NCBI RefSeq assembly: GCF_009914755.1
Contig: NC_060943.1
Reading direction: 5' to 3' (one strand)
Length of the DNA: 64,000 bases
Source of the DNA: the human T2T-CHM13v2.0 reference genome, Homo sapiens
Both the position numbers and the translations under genes were made by a program. The notes beneath the pieces are model-generated. The model was not told where the DNA came from. It worked only from the letters and a program-made list of their open reading frames with translations, and did not search any database. Each line of letters opens with the position of its first letter. The first letter of the stretch is position 1. Positions 15,628 to 30,112 of the stretch are shown here, in pieces.

Positions 15628-17110
15628 TGTCAATCTAAATAGAAGAGACAGAGTCTCTCTAAAATAAAATTACATTTATTCAGGAATGAGCATTTCAATG
15701 GGAATACAGTGGGTATATTCAGGGAGGTAAATGAAGACAAGAGTTTTATAAGGAAAAATGAAAAGGGCCACATAAGTTGTTTTGAAACAATTTTTCTTGA
15801 CCACAGGGTTCAGTAACAACGGTGGTATCAGTCCAAGGTTGGACAGCCAGTTGCTGGGTAGATGTCTTCATGGAAGTAGTTTTGTTTGTGTAAGGTCATG
15901 ACATTTGAGCAACAATGGAGGTTTGGAGGGAGTGGCTCTTAGGCTAGGTCTACCTGGAGTCCGTTGTTAAGTTCAATTTTGTTTGTTCTGTAGGTGTGGG
16001 CTATTATTTCAAAGCTGTAGGCCAGCATTATTGTGTTAGGAGTTGTACTTCCACAGAAATTTGACAGGCAACAGGTACAAAGTTTAAAAAGAAAGATACG
16101 AAGTAAAATTTATACTAATATGATCATCCCAGTTTGCATAATGGTTTCGAGCCATGAACCTGGGCTTAAAGGCAAGCAACTGAATCAATCAAATGATCAT
16201 TGGGAATTAGGTGAGACCTAATGTAACTATGTGCGTGTTTTCTTATTTTGTGTATTTGGGTCTCAACTTCCCCAGAGGAATTTATCCAGGTATGCATGTA
16301 GTCCTAGCAATAGCATAGGCACTACCTTATTTAACCAGTAGATAATATAGAAAAATTTTGTCATCTGATATCTCATGACTGGGTTGAATTAAAAGCATAG
16401 AGTGAGTGACAGTTGTATTAGGAATATTTTTAAAGTTGGACTAAAGGATTCTTTGGTCATGTAAAGATCTACAGTTGGCATAACAGATCTAACATTTTGT
16501 CAAGTTGTCCACATAAGCTACTAATTGTAAAATTTTAACTACACCATTATCCTGCCCAGTGAAAAAGTTAAGCATAGGCAAGGACAAACTAAGAGGGGCA
16601 ACAGTCTCATTATGATAAAGATTGTTCTGGCATCTTGAGAAAGCTGTCCACAGCATAAAGACATCAACTTCTCATCCTGGTTTGTAGTTTGAATGTCTCT
16701 CGTTATAGCATCGGGTGGTTTGGTGAACTTTCTGCATGACCCACAAATCAGGCATGAGGCTTGTCTCTTAAAATTTACATCAAGTTTTCTAGCTTCAGCT
16801 TACAGGGCTTTAGGAAAGAGTAGTTCCCATTCTTAGTAATAACATGGGAGAAAATTAGATTAGGGAACCTAGAATAACTTAGGATCCAGTCTGGTCTACA
16901 GTAGATAATAAAAACTCAAAGACAATGCACAGAACTACAATCTAATAACAGATGTATTATAGTCCTTTTCTAGAAACATAATTTTGTCTCTATATAGTTA
17001 TCCTAATTTCTACCAAAGATAATTACAGTAAGACTGATTTGTTTGTAAATAAGTTTAGTTTTATTATTATTTTAGGTTCTTGTATTATTTTATTAGTTTT
17101 ATTATTTTAG

Positions 17111-17494
<384 letters not shown>

Positions 17495-20400
17495 AAGAAT
17501 CTCAGATTTTAAACCTCCTTGAGTCTAGAAAGCCAAACAAAGGCAGACTTCAGACTTTGTTTGCAGTACCAATAAAAATTTAAATATGGCATTCCAGTTT
17601 TAATTGGTAATACAACCAATGTTTTTAACTGTATCATGTTACAAGGAGGTACAGATTCATACTGAATGTATGCAAATAATTATATTGTCATTTAAGAAAC
17701 ACTAGCAAATCACTTCCAAATTTTGAAGGGATCAAATAGAAAAAAATAAATATTTCCACCTTTGTTCACAGAAGTATATTTTACCAAATTGTTGTAAACT
17801 ATAGATAGCTTAAGAGAAAATGTTTCCTTAAACTTGGAAGACAAAACATTTCAGTAAAAAACCAACAATGTTTAAATTAAAAGTTATAAAAACATTATCA
17901 GTTATTCAATTTCATGTAATTAGTTTTTGTTATGCTTGATCTTGATTAGCAGTTTCACAAATTCATCAGTTTCTTCACTGCAGTTGTGAAAAGTTTTATT
18001 TAGTTCATTAATCTTGAAGTTATTAGAAACTTGTATTTAAGAGTACTTATTAGAGTCTTTTCCATGAATCTGATTGCAGATACCTTTAGAGAAAAATCAA
18101 AACTATGGATGTCAAAGACTTAGAATAACCATCATTAAAAATCTGATGGGAGTTCAGCAGTTGAGAAGGAAATTCAATTATTTCTATTGTATTTAGCATT
18201 TTAAGGTAACAACCAGAATCGTGGTTGATAGCATTACATCAGGACCATCAGACCTTTTTAAATTTCACATAATATTTAATATACATCAATAACATATCCA
18301 TGTAACTTAAAGAAAATATAGCATCACTTTATTATTTGACATTGATTCCCATACAATTAATCAAATAAGCCAAATTAGTTTAACATCTCTACAAGATGAT
18401 ACCTCCTTTAAGGTTCTCCAGGGGCCCAACTGGAAAATCTCTCAGTTAATTATAGGTCAAAAAGACTTAATTTAGAACTTTGATCCTGGAGAGACCTGCC
18501 AAAAATGTCAAAATGGTTAAAACATTTAATTAAAACAGAATCACAGATTATTGTGGAATAATAGTCATTCACTTAATCAGAGTGAAAAGAGATTCCAAAA
18601 GCAAATACAGAACATTACATGGATTAAAAAAAAAAACCTTAATTCTTTCAAAGCTCCTAAGTAATGAAAAACCTAATAAAGACAACATGAAGCATGAGAA
18701 ATTATTTTGATAAAACAAAAAATCTTTGTTTCCTAGGCCAGCTATCAAAAGATAAAAACCTTCTACATATTTAAAAACCCCTTGTGATTGCTTCTCCCTA
18801 TGGGAAACCCATTTCAATAACCTGGAAGTTGAGCCTGATGAAAAGGTACTTGAATTCAACTAAACACTGGAAGAGTGTGTATCCAAGGTTATGAGTGTAC
18901 CATATTATAGAAAAGATAAACAAGAAAACAAGTACCTTGAGCAGGCGGATATGTGGCTCTTAGAAAAAGTAAAAGAATGTGGAATTTATTGGTTAAACAG
19001 CAATTCAGACACATCAAGAAAAGACAAAATTACAGAATCAAATTATACTGGAAGAAAATATTATTCCCCTAGATTCTCCTAGGCCTTAAAGACAAACATT
19101 TTTAGTGTTAGGCCACAATAGCAGAGTCAGAACTGGAGAGAGAGCCAGAGAGAGAGCGAGCGAGAGAGCGAGAGAAGCAAGAGGAGTGAGAGGTGAGAGA
19201 GGGAGAGAGTTACAGGAGCTGACTCCAAAGTTGAGGGAGAGGGTTATCATCCCTAAGGAGACAAGGAAGAGCTGAAGGCAATGATGCATGATTTTAGTCG
19301 TTCACTTAATCAGAGTGAAAAAAGCTTCCAAAAACAAATGCAGAACTTTACGTAGATGTAAAAAAAACAAACCTTAATTCTTTCAAAGCACCTAAGTAAT
19401 CAAAAACCTAATTAAAGACAACATGAAGCATGTTTCTCATCAAATCATGTGCAATGAGATACAGCAAAGTGGAACTGAGATATGAATTTGAAAAGCTTCA
19501 AAAGGAAAGTTCTTTTGAGAAACTAAATTACTATTTTTAAATGAGGGAGATAGTATTTTAAAGCTGGAATAAGGGAAATTAAGTGGAAAGTGTAAAACAG
19601 GAAAAAGCTGCAGTTCAGAAGACGGCTGAAAATTTAAACGGATTTCAGAATATCAAAACCTCTTGCAGATTTTTTTTAACTAAAATCACATAAATACATC
19701 AAGAAAACCTTGTTGCTTTAAACATAGGTGAATGGATTCTGGTTTTGTATCACTGTATTAATACTCAATTTTTGATAAAACCTGTGAATAATTCCCTTTT
19801 AACTATAGGCAACTTGATTAAACACAAATTTTTTCCATAAGATTCATCTTATATAAAAAGAAAATTGTCTGACAAATATATCCAGGCAAAATGTATGCTT
19901 GCAATTCTGAAGACCTCACTATTTTAACAACAATTTTAAAATCAGTTTATTTACCAAAGATTTACCTAAGTCACACAAATTTTTAAAAGTTGGGTTTATT
20001 ACTATTTTTAGTAAATAGTTATTTACTATTTTTTCTGATAAATTGCTTAATTTTTTTTCTTTACATCAGTTTCATAAAGTTCTTTTATATATTTCTGTAG
20101 AAGAATATTATGTATGTATAACACAGACCAAGAAACATACAGAAACACAAAAAGATCTTATAGCTTATCACTGTAAAATTGTAGTCAAGAAACTGTAAAA
20201 TATACTAATATAAAATCACAAGTGTATAAAAAAAGACAGTTGGATCCAAATTATATTTCTGAAAAAATGGGACAAGTTAAGATCAGTTTTTCATATTGCT
20301 AATCTTTTTTTTTTCTTTTGCCTTTGATAGGTAATCTTATGAGGGAAGTGGACCAAATTTTGGGTAAAGCTGTTTTTATAGCATTTTAGTTTTTGAAAAA

Positions 20401-21117
20401 TCTTTTACCCTTTTTTCCTCTTCAATTTTAAATGAGTTGTTTTAATTAACTTCTGGATATTTACATTTCAGTTAGGATTGGCTAGAAAAATAAACTTCCA
20501 AGAATCCTTGAACTTATTAACAAATTTAATACAAGCAAACAAGTTAGCAGATTCAGAGCGAGCAGAGAAAAAAAGAGAGCTAGCTTAGAAGCCCGTACAT
20601 GTTAATCCTACAGTTCCAGTCTCTTAATTCAGCTCTAAGGAAACAAGCTTAGAGAGTTTAAATAATTCCCATAATGGCCGTACATTATCCTTAGTGTAAT
20701 TTGCCAATTATTTTTTAAATGTGCATGAGAAAGGACCATAAATTTCAAATGTATAGCTGCCTCAAGTGCCAGAGGGCTTGGCATTCTTTAGAAGTTGAAG
20801 ATCCCATTGCATTTCTTATCAATCTCTCAAGAGCAAAGAAAAGCCCAAAAATTTTGTCAAAAGCATTGACCAAGCTGTTTTGTTTTAACTAGTGTACCTG
20901 ACACAGAATTCATCTTTTTATACTTGGCAGATGGCCTTTGTCCTAGTTGTCTAACCTATGACCAAGTTTTCCCTGGTTGTGTAGAAATTTTCTTGAGACT
21001 GGCAGGTGCCTCAGTGGTAATCTTCCTTGTCTGTGACTATTTTATCCTTACATGGGAGACGTTTTCTTTGGAGACTGGAGTCCGTCATAGATGGCAGTGA
21101 CGTTCCTAGTGGCATTT

Positions 21118-21438
21118 ATTATTATTCTTATTTTGTTGTTACTGTTGTTGTTTAGATACAAGGTCTCACTCTGTTGCCCAGGCTGGAGTGCAGTGGTACA
21201 ATCACAGCTCACTACAGCGTTGAACTCCTGGGCAAAGTGATCCTGTTATCGCAGCCTCCTGAGTAGCTGGGGAGACACGCGTGCATCACCACACCTGGCT
21301 AATTTCTAAAGAAATATTTTTAGAGACAGGGTCTTGTTATGTTGCCCAGGCTGGTTTGGAAGTCCTGGTTTCATGTATTTCTCTCATCTCAGCCTCCCAG
21401 CTGGCTGGGATTACAGGCACAAGCCACCATGCCTGGTC
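21118..21438 (-). mobile_element. Alu (AluJ-like)
   Basis: Diverged dimer; TSD-like tagtggc(a)ttta. Confidence 0.88.
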
Positions 21439-22672
21439 CTAGTGGCTTTAATTGTCCACTAAAATCAGTTTATTTACCAAAGATTTACCTAAGTCATGTG
21501 AACTTTAAAAAAATGTGAGTTAACTACTATTTTTCTGATAAATTACTTAAGTGCTTAATTTTTTTCTTTAAGTCAGTTAAATAGAGCTCTTTCATACATT
21601 TTGGTAGAAAATATTACATACATATATAGACACAAGAACATACAGACAACACAAAAAGATATTTTCCCTTTTCCCTTTAAAATTTTAGTCATGATACATT
21701 AAAACAGTAATATACTGTGCCATTTAGAATGTTTATTTTTGCTCTTTGAAAGTGTTCAGAAACAAGCAGGGAAAACAAAAGAGCCAAATTATTTACAGTT
21801 GCATGTAACCAAATTGACATGAAACCAAATGAAGCGTGCTCACAAAAATTTTAAGCCAGGCTTGCAGAGCAAACAAAATATAAAACCGTGTTTGCAGAAA
21901 AACCAAAGCAAATTCAGTAGAAAATACATGCCTCACAGAACGTAAGTTCTGTGGGAACCAGAGTACTCTCCAAAAGAACACTTGGCCTTATACCAGAAGA
22001 GGCTTTCCAGAAAAGACAAAAAGTCTTTTGTAGTCCCACAAGGGTTGCAAGGTCCTTAATTTAAGGTGGCCTTATAGCCAAATCCAGATCCTGAATAAAG
22101 TCAAAAGAACTTACCAAACGAAGGACGTCTGAGAATCTAAGCAGAGATTCACCAGAGCAGAGAAGGAAGGCCATAGAAGCAGAGGCCACAAAAGGGGTCA
22201 ATGTTGGTACCTCACTAGATTCCAGGGGATGCTGGCCTGTTTGAGGTCAGCTGACTTCTTGACACAAACTTTATGTCAACCTAAATAGCAGACACAGAGA
22301 GAAGATGTCTAAAAGAAAATTGTATTTATTCAGGAATGAGTATTGCAATGGGAATATAGTGGGTGTATTCAGGGAGGTAAAGAAAGACAAGGGCTTTTAA
22401 AGAAGTGAGGAGGGTTACATGAGTTTTTTGAAACAATTATCTTTGGCTACAAGGATCACTAACAAAGGTGGTAGTAGTTCAAGGTTGGACAGCCAGTTGC
22501 TGGGCAGCTGTCTTAACCAAAGTATTTTTGTATGTGTAAGGTTGTGGTGGCCTTTGTGCAAGGTTGTTGTGATTTTTGCAGTCTTTGTGATCGTTCCTCT
22601 TATCAGGTATATGTGCATGAGAACCTTCTTTTCATCACCTTCCCTGGCTCCATTTGTCCTGCTACGGTGACA

Positions 22673-23640
22673 CCAGTCTTTTAGTCCATACATTTGACTT
22701 CATGAGGAGTTTGCTATAATCAATTGAATGAAGAAGAAACATGTGGACCTGCTTTATAGGTAATTCTGCATAATGTTCTAGCATCACCTAAAACCGGACA
22801 GCTGGCACACTACAGCCTCAGGCTGTGGTGGCCCCAAAGGAGAGTGGTAAAAGAAAATATTCCCATTTGTTAGAATTTTGAGTAGTGTACTTCATAGTTT
22901 TTTTTTTTCCCAGAAGGAATGATGCCAGGGGGATGAATAGTTTTGCTGGATGGTCATGGACTTCAAAGAAGCATGATTGATAATTGGTTGACAAGGCAAA
23001 TTGACAATGAGGTATGTGAGTGGACTACTTTTAATGAGCAGAATATAAAATTACTTGCGGCCTATTTAATTGTCAATAATCAGCAACCTCACCAGAAGAT
23101 GAGCTTAATAATCAGGTGATCAAGATGGTACATTCTGTGAATATTCTTCAAGATTTTTCTCTAGTCAACCATGTCCATTCCCAGTGGGTGCATGAACAGT
23201 GTAGTCATGGTGGAAGAAATGGAGCTTATTAGTTCAGTACTATGAAATTCCATTTACTAAATCCAATCTGGCTACAACCACATTTATATGGCCAAGCTAT
23301 CAAAAGTATGGACTAACACTGGACCTCAGATAGGCACTGTTCTTCAAAGGGGACTACCAACCTCCTGCTGGAATTTGATTACACCGGACCACTTTGATCA
23401 TGGAGGAGACAGCACTTTGTTTTCAGTGGAAAAGACAATTACTCTAGATATGAATTTGCCTTTCCTATTCCAATGTTTCTGATAAAAGCATCACATGTGG
23501 ACTTTACAAAATGTTTTATTTTCTGCCATGGAATTCCACCCAGCATTTCTTGTGACCAGGGCAGTCATTTTTCAAAAAATGAATTGTATCCATTGGGCTC
23601 ATGTTGATAGAATTCACTAAACTTACCATGATTCCTGTTA
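22673..23640 (+). mobile_element. ERVL internal region continued (RNase H and integrase remnants)
   Basis: YNQLNEEE..WTCFIGNSA..TAGTLQP..KESGKRKYSHLLE resembles the ERVL RNase H; DYTGPL resembles the integrase D motif. Confidence 0.7.
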
Positions 23641-23749
23641 ACAGTTCCATTTCAGTAGTGGGACATGCCTCAATTCTCAGAAGTCCTACCATCTCTGATT
23701 TGTCTTCCCATGTTTGTTTACCTAATTCCTACTTTAAAATGTCCTTGTC

Positions 23750-25400
23750 CCTAAAATCCTAGTGATTCTGCTTCTCTGATTGAACCCTGACTGATATTGA
23801 ACCATTTCTGCTCCTTTTCAGACACTACCCCTCTCTCTCAACTATAATCACTTTCCTAACTTCTATCACCATTGACTACTTTTCCTTTTATCTTTATATA
23901 TATGAAACCATATTGTATATATCCTTTTGTGTCTCTGTTTTGCCCAACATTATGTTTGTGAGATTGAACTATGCTGCTGTTTTATAGCAATTGTTTACTT
24001 ATTTTGTTACTGTAGAGCAAGTGTAGGCACACTACATCCCATGGGTGAAATCTTGTATATATTTCGGGGTGCACATGTGTGTGTGTTTCTGCTTGCTAGA
24101 AGTGGAATTTCTGTGTCATGGAGAATACATAAATTTAACTCTAGCAGATACTGTGAAACATTTTCCAAAGTGATTGTACCAATTTACACTCTTACAAGGA
24201 CCGTGGTAGAGTTCCATCTGCTCCACGTGCTTGCCAATGTTTGGTGTTGTCAGACTTAAATTATTTTTAAATTATTTTTTAAATTCACCATTCTAATTTT
24301 TTAAAAGAAGTAGAGTATAATGCTGGTTACCAGGGGCTGGAGTGGAGGGGTTGGGACATATTGGTCAAAAGATATAACATGTCAGTTATACACGAGTAAT
24401 TTTTAAAAAATCAGTGATTCTGGTATGGCAATAGAGTTGTCTCATTGAGGGTTTAATTTATACTGCTGTAATGACTAATGAAGTTGAGCAAACAGAGCAT
24501 GTATCTGAAGCCTTGTACATTTGTATATTCTTCATATAGTGCTTACTCAAGTGATTTGTTGATTTGTCTATTTGGTTGTCAGTCTTATTCTTGTATTTAT
24601 AGGATTTCTTTATATTCTGCTTACAAGCCTTTTGACATATGTGTGTATTGTGATTATCTTTTCAACTGTGGCCAGCATTTTCACTTTCCTTATGGTACAT
24701 TTGATAAACAACCATTCTCATTTTAAGTTTTTTAATTTTACTTTTCAGTTGGTACTTTAAAAAATCGTTGCCAACATTAGAGAAGGTCACAAAGATATTT
24801 TAGTAGCTATTTAAAAAAATCTTTTAATTTTAAGATCTATATTCCATATCATATTGATATTTACATATGGGATGTGCTAAAGGTCAAGATTAATTATTTT
24901 TCTATGTGAAGAATATACAATATCCTCACTTCTTAAGAGATTTCTCCATTTTATTATCTTTGTCAAATATCAAATGACTAGATATATGTAAATCTGTTTC
25001 TGAACTTTCTATTATCTTCCATTAGTCTATTCATATTTGCATATATAGCACACTTTTAATTACTGCAAATACATAAAATGTCTTGATGTCTTATCGCATA
25101 AACCCACCTCTTTCTATTTTCTTTTGATGTTTTGGTTATTCTTGACTGTTGCTTTTGTTTACAGATTTTAGACTCAGCTTGCCAGTTTTCACCAAAAAAC
25201 TGCTGAGAATTTTATTAAATATATAGATTATTCAAAGGAGCACTGATAGCTTTACAACATTGAATTGTCCAGTATCTGAATAGCACCACATATTTTAAAT
25301 TTTCATTGAAGTATAAATATATGTAGAAAAATGTATATGTCATATGTGTCATGATTGTTTAATTTTCAACACACTCAAAATACCAGCATCTGTATCAAGA
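23750..25400 (-). mobile_element. Ancient L1M fragments
   Basis: L1 3' region-like sequence (ttttccaaagtgattgtaccaatttacactc). Confidence 0.6.
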
Positions 25401-25659
25401 AACTGCACATAACCAGCATGTGGTAGCCATGAAAATGTATTTCACAAATATTTTAATGCAAGTAACCAAAGACCCCTATTGTTGTGTTTTAAGGTCAATC
25501 CTGTGTTTGCATCAAGGCCAGATTTTCTGAAGGCTGCTGCTCCCAGTCAATATCTGAGAGCAGTAAGGATTCTAAGGTAGACCTGTTCAGGGAGACATGG
25601 ATCTTCTCTGTTGGATAGATAAGATTGTGAATACCTGACTTTAATGGCTTTTTCTTTAA

Positions 25660-25961
<302 letters not shown>

Positions 25962-25996
25962 TAATGTAACTTTTCTTAAGCTGTATGGAAGTCTAG

Positions 25997-26272
<276 letters not shown>

Positions 26273-26364
26273 TAGATTTACATCATGGTGCAGCTTCTCT
26301 CCTGTTTTCTCTCACAATCATTTCCCCTAATAAAATTCTTACACAACTAATTCTGCCTTTGCAT

Positions 26365-26692
26365 TTTTTTTCTTTCTTTCCTTTTTATTTTTCTTATTTA
26401 TTTATTTTTTTGAGACAGAGTCTCACTCTTGTTGCCCAGGCTGGAGTGCACTGGCGAGATCTTGGCTCACTGCAAACTCCGTCTCCTGTGTTCAAGTGAT
26501 TCTCCTGCCTCTGCCTCCTGAGTATCTGGGATTACAGGCATGGGCCACCATGCCCGGCTAATTTTGTATTTTTTGTAGAGATGGGTTTCTCCATGTTGGT
26601 CAGGCTGGTTTCGAACCCCGAACTCAGGTGATCCTGCCCACCTTGGCCTCCCAAAGTGCTCGGATTACAGGCATGAGCCACTTCGCCTGGCT
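26365..26692 (-). mobile_element. Alu (AluS)
   Basis: Alu dimer. Confidence 0.9.
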
Positions 26693-27044
26693 GCATTTTT
26701 ATTTCTAAGAGGACCTGCATTAGCACATCACCCTAAAAACGTTCGTGCCCAATTCAAATTCCTACTTTTCTCTCAAGGTAGGCACTGTTCTGATTTATAA
26801 TAGCATAGATTTGCTTTGCTATTTTTTATACTTCATATAAATAGAAAAAATATGTACAATTTTGTGTTTTATTTGTCCACATTATGTCCGTGACATTTAT
26901 CCATGCTGTTGGAAGTGAATATAACTGGTTTACTCTCATTAATATGTATTATTTTAATGTATAAATATCACATAACTTATTAATTCATTTAATCGTTGAT
27001 TTTGTGTAGTTTCTTGTCCTTGGTTATTAAAATCAGTGCTTGTA

Positions 27045-27333
27045 GGCTGGGTGTGGTGGCTCACACCTGTAATTCCAGAGCTTTGGGAGGCTGAGATGGG
27101 CGGATCACAAGTTCAGGAGTTCTGGATCATCCTGGCCAACATGGTGAAACCCTGTCTCTACTAAAAATACAAAAATTAGCTTGACTTGGTGGCATGTGCC
27201 TATAATCCCAGCTACTCAGGAGGCTGAGGCAGGAGAATTGCTTGAACCCGGGAGACAGAAGTTGCAGGGAGCTGAGATTGCAGCACTGCACTCTAGCCTG
27301 GGTGACAGGGCAAGGTTTCATCTCAAAAAAAAA
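27045..27333 (+). mobile_element. Alu (AluS)
   Basis: Alu dimer within old L1 sequence. Confidence 0.9.
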
Positions 27334-28799
27334 ACATAAATAAAAAATGAATAAAATAAAATTAGTGTTTGTATAAACATAAAAAGACATGTCTTTTGCT
27401 GAACATATGAATCTCCTTCTATTGATAATATATATATAAGCATGGATCTAAGGGTTATACGACAGTTTTAGTAATAGCACTGAAAGTTTTAGTGGTAGCA
27501 CTAAAACTACTCAGCTTCAGTAATTACTGCAAAACTTTATTGCAAAGTGGTTGTATAAAACTACATTCCTACACGATGCAAGTATTTGCATTTTTGTCAA
27601 CCTTTCTTTGACTAATTCTTAATTTTAACCTTTATGGTTGGAATGTAGTGGAGTTCTCATAATATTTTGAGTTTCTTTGATGACTCAAGAACTTGAGTAT
27701 CTTTTTATTTGATTATTGAGTATTTATGTCATCTTTTCTGAACTATCTGTTCAGTTATTTTTACATTTTTCTGATTTGTTTGCCTGACTTTTCTTACAGA
27801 TTTTAGGATTTACGTATTCTTATATGCTCAGGATATGAATCTTTTGTCACATATATGGTTTACAAATTTTCTCAATTTGAGAATTACCTTTTCATTTTCT
27901 CATTGGTGCCTTAATTAAGAGAAGTTCTTCATTTTTAAAATAATCTAAGTCACCTAATTTTTTAAAAATTGTGGATTATTTTGGTCTCATATAATATTTT
28001 TTTCCACTTCAGGGCAACAAACAGGTTCTTTTGTTTCCCTAAGTGTCATTGCTTTACTTTCCAAAATTAGATCTGCATTTTTTCTGAAAGTTATATTTGT
28101 GAATTCTGTGAAGTACAGACGAATATATATTTTCCCATGTGGATATCTAATTGATGAAGAAGCACATATTAAAAAGAATTTTTATAATCTGTACAGTAGC
28201 ATATTCTTTTCACAAATGAAATGACAGTATTTACTTTGATCTACACTCTATTCTCTTCCTTTATCTATATATCTTTAAGCAAATGCCACACTGATATTGT
28301 AGCTTTATAATATGATTAGATATCTCATAAAGTAAGTCTTCCATTTTGTTATTCTTTCACATTATCTTGACTATTCTTAGCTCTCAGATTTTACTCCAAA
28401 TTTTTATAATATTTGTATCAATTTCCAGAAAAAATTCTAGTATTTTTATTGGGTTTGCATTGATATGATGGATTACTTTGGTGAAGAATATTGAGATGTT
28501 TAAAATATTAAATTGTCTATCCATAAATATTATTTATTATAATTATTTTAAAGGTTTTTTGTATATGCAGGAAAATAAAAGCAGATCTTTACCTAATAAT
28601 ATTTACATAGATTTCAAAAGGATTAAAGGGCCTAAATGGGAAAGGTAAATGTAGAAAGTTAATTTTTTTAATGTAGGAGAATATTCTTGAAACCTAGGAC
28701 TTTCAAAAGCACAGAAATTAAGGAAAATGCTTATTAAATTTCTCTCCTCAAAATTAAGGATGCTTATTCAATGTGAGACACAGTATATGAATATTAAAA

Positions 28800-30090
28800 T
28801 CAAGTACAGGTGCCAAGACAATTCAATGAAAAAAGAACAGTCTGTTCAACAAATAGCAAATAGTGCTAAGAAAACTGGATGTGCACATGAAAAAGAATGA
28901 AGTTGGACCCCCTACTTTACATCATATACAAAAATTAACTTATAGTGGGTAAAAGGCCTAAATGTAACAGCTAAAACTATAAACAACTAGATGAAATCAT
29001 AGATATAAATCTTCATGACCTTGAAATAGGCAATGGTTTCTTAGATATGACATCAAAAGCACAAGGAACAACAAAAAATAAATGAATGAATTGGAACTCA
29101 TCAAAATGAAAAACTTTTGTGTATCAGTGGATACCATCGAGAAAGTGAAGACACCAACATGGGTGAACGTATTTGTAAATCATATATCTGATGAGACTTG
29201 TAGCTAGAATACATAAATAACTCTTACAATTCAACACTTTAGAAAGACAAATAACCCAATTAAACAATGGGCCAAAGTATCTGAATAGACATTTTTCAAA
29301 AGAAGACATATAAATGCCCAATAGGCACATGAAAAGATGGTCAATGTCATAAGTCATTAGGGAAACGGAAATCAAAACAACAATGAGATATTGCTTAGCC
29401 ACCAGATTGGCTACAGTAAAAAAGACAGATAATAAAAGGGTTGCCAAGGGAGTGGAGAAATTGGAACCCTCATACATTGTTGGTGGGAATGTAAAATGGT
29501 GCAATTTATTTGGCAAACAGTCTGGCAGTTTCCCAAGGGTTTAAACATAGAGTTATTATATGACTCAGCATTCCACTCCTAGATATACAACCAAGAGAAA
29601 TTAAAACTTATGCCTACACATAAGCTTGTACATAAATGTTCAAAACAACATTATTAATAATAGCCAAAAGTAGAAACAATCCAAAATAGCCATTAATGAA
29701 TAAATAAGATGTGATGTATTCATCCAATGGCACATTATGTAGCCATGAAAAGAAATGAATAACTGGTTCATGCACCAACATGGATGACCCTTCAACATGT
29801 TATGCTAAGTAAAGTTCGTTTCAAAAGACCACGTATTGTGTGAGTACACTGACAGAAAATGTTCAAAATATGTACATCTACAGAAAGTAGATTAGTGATT
29901 GCCTAGGGCTGAGGAGTTTGGGAAAAATTGGAAGTGACTGTTAATGGGTATCAGGTATCTTTTTGAGATTATGTAAATGTCCTAAAAATTGATTGCAGTG
30001 ATAGTTGCACAACTCTCTGGATATAATAAAATTCATTTAACTGTGCTCTTTAAATGGGTAAACTGTATCCATTATATCTCAATAAAGTTT
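28800..30090 (+). mobile_element. L1MB-like 3' fragment
   Basis: ORF2 C-terminal and 3' UTR-like sequence ending tatatctcaataaagtt. Confidence 0.8.
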
Positions 30091-30112
30091 CTATAAGAAA
30101 TATCAAAAAATA

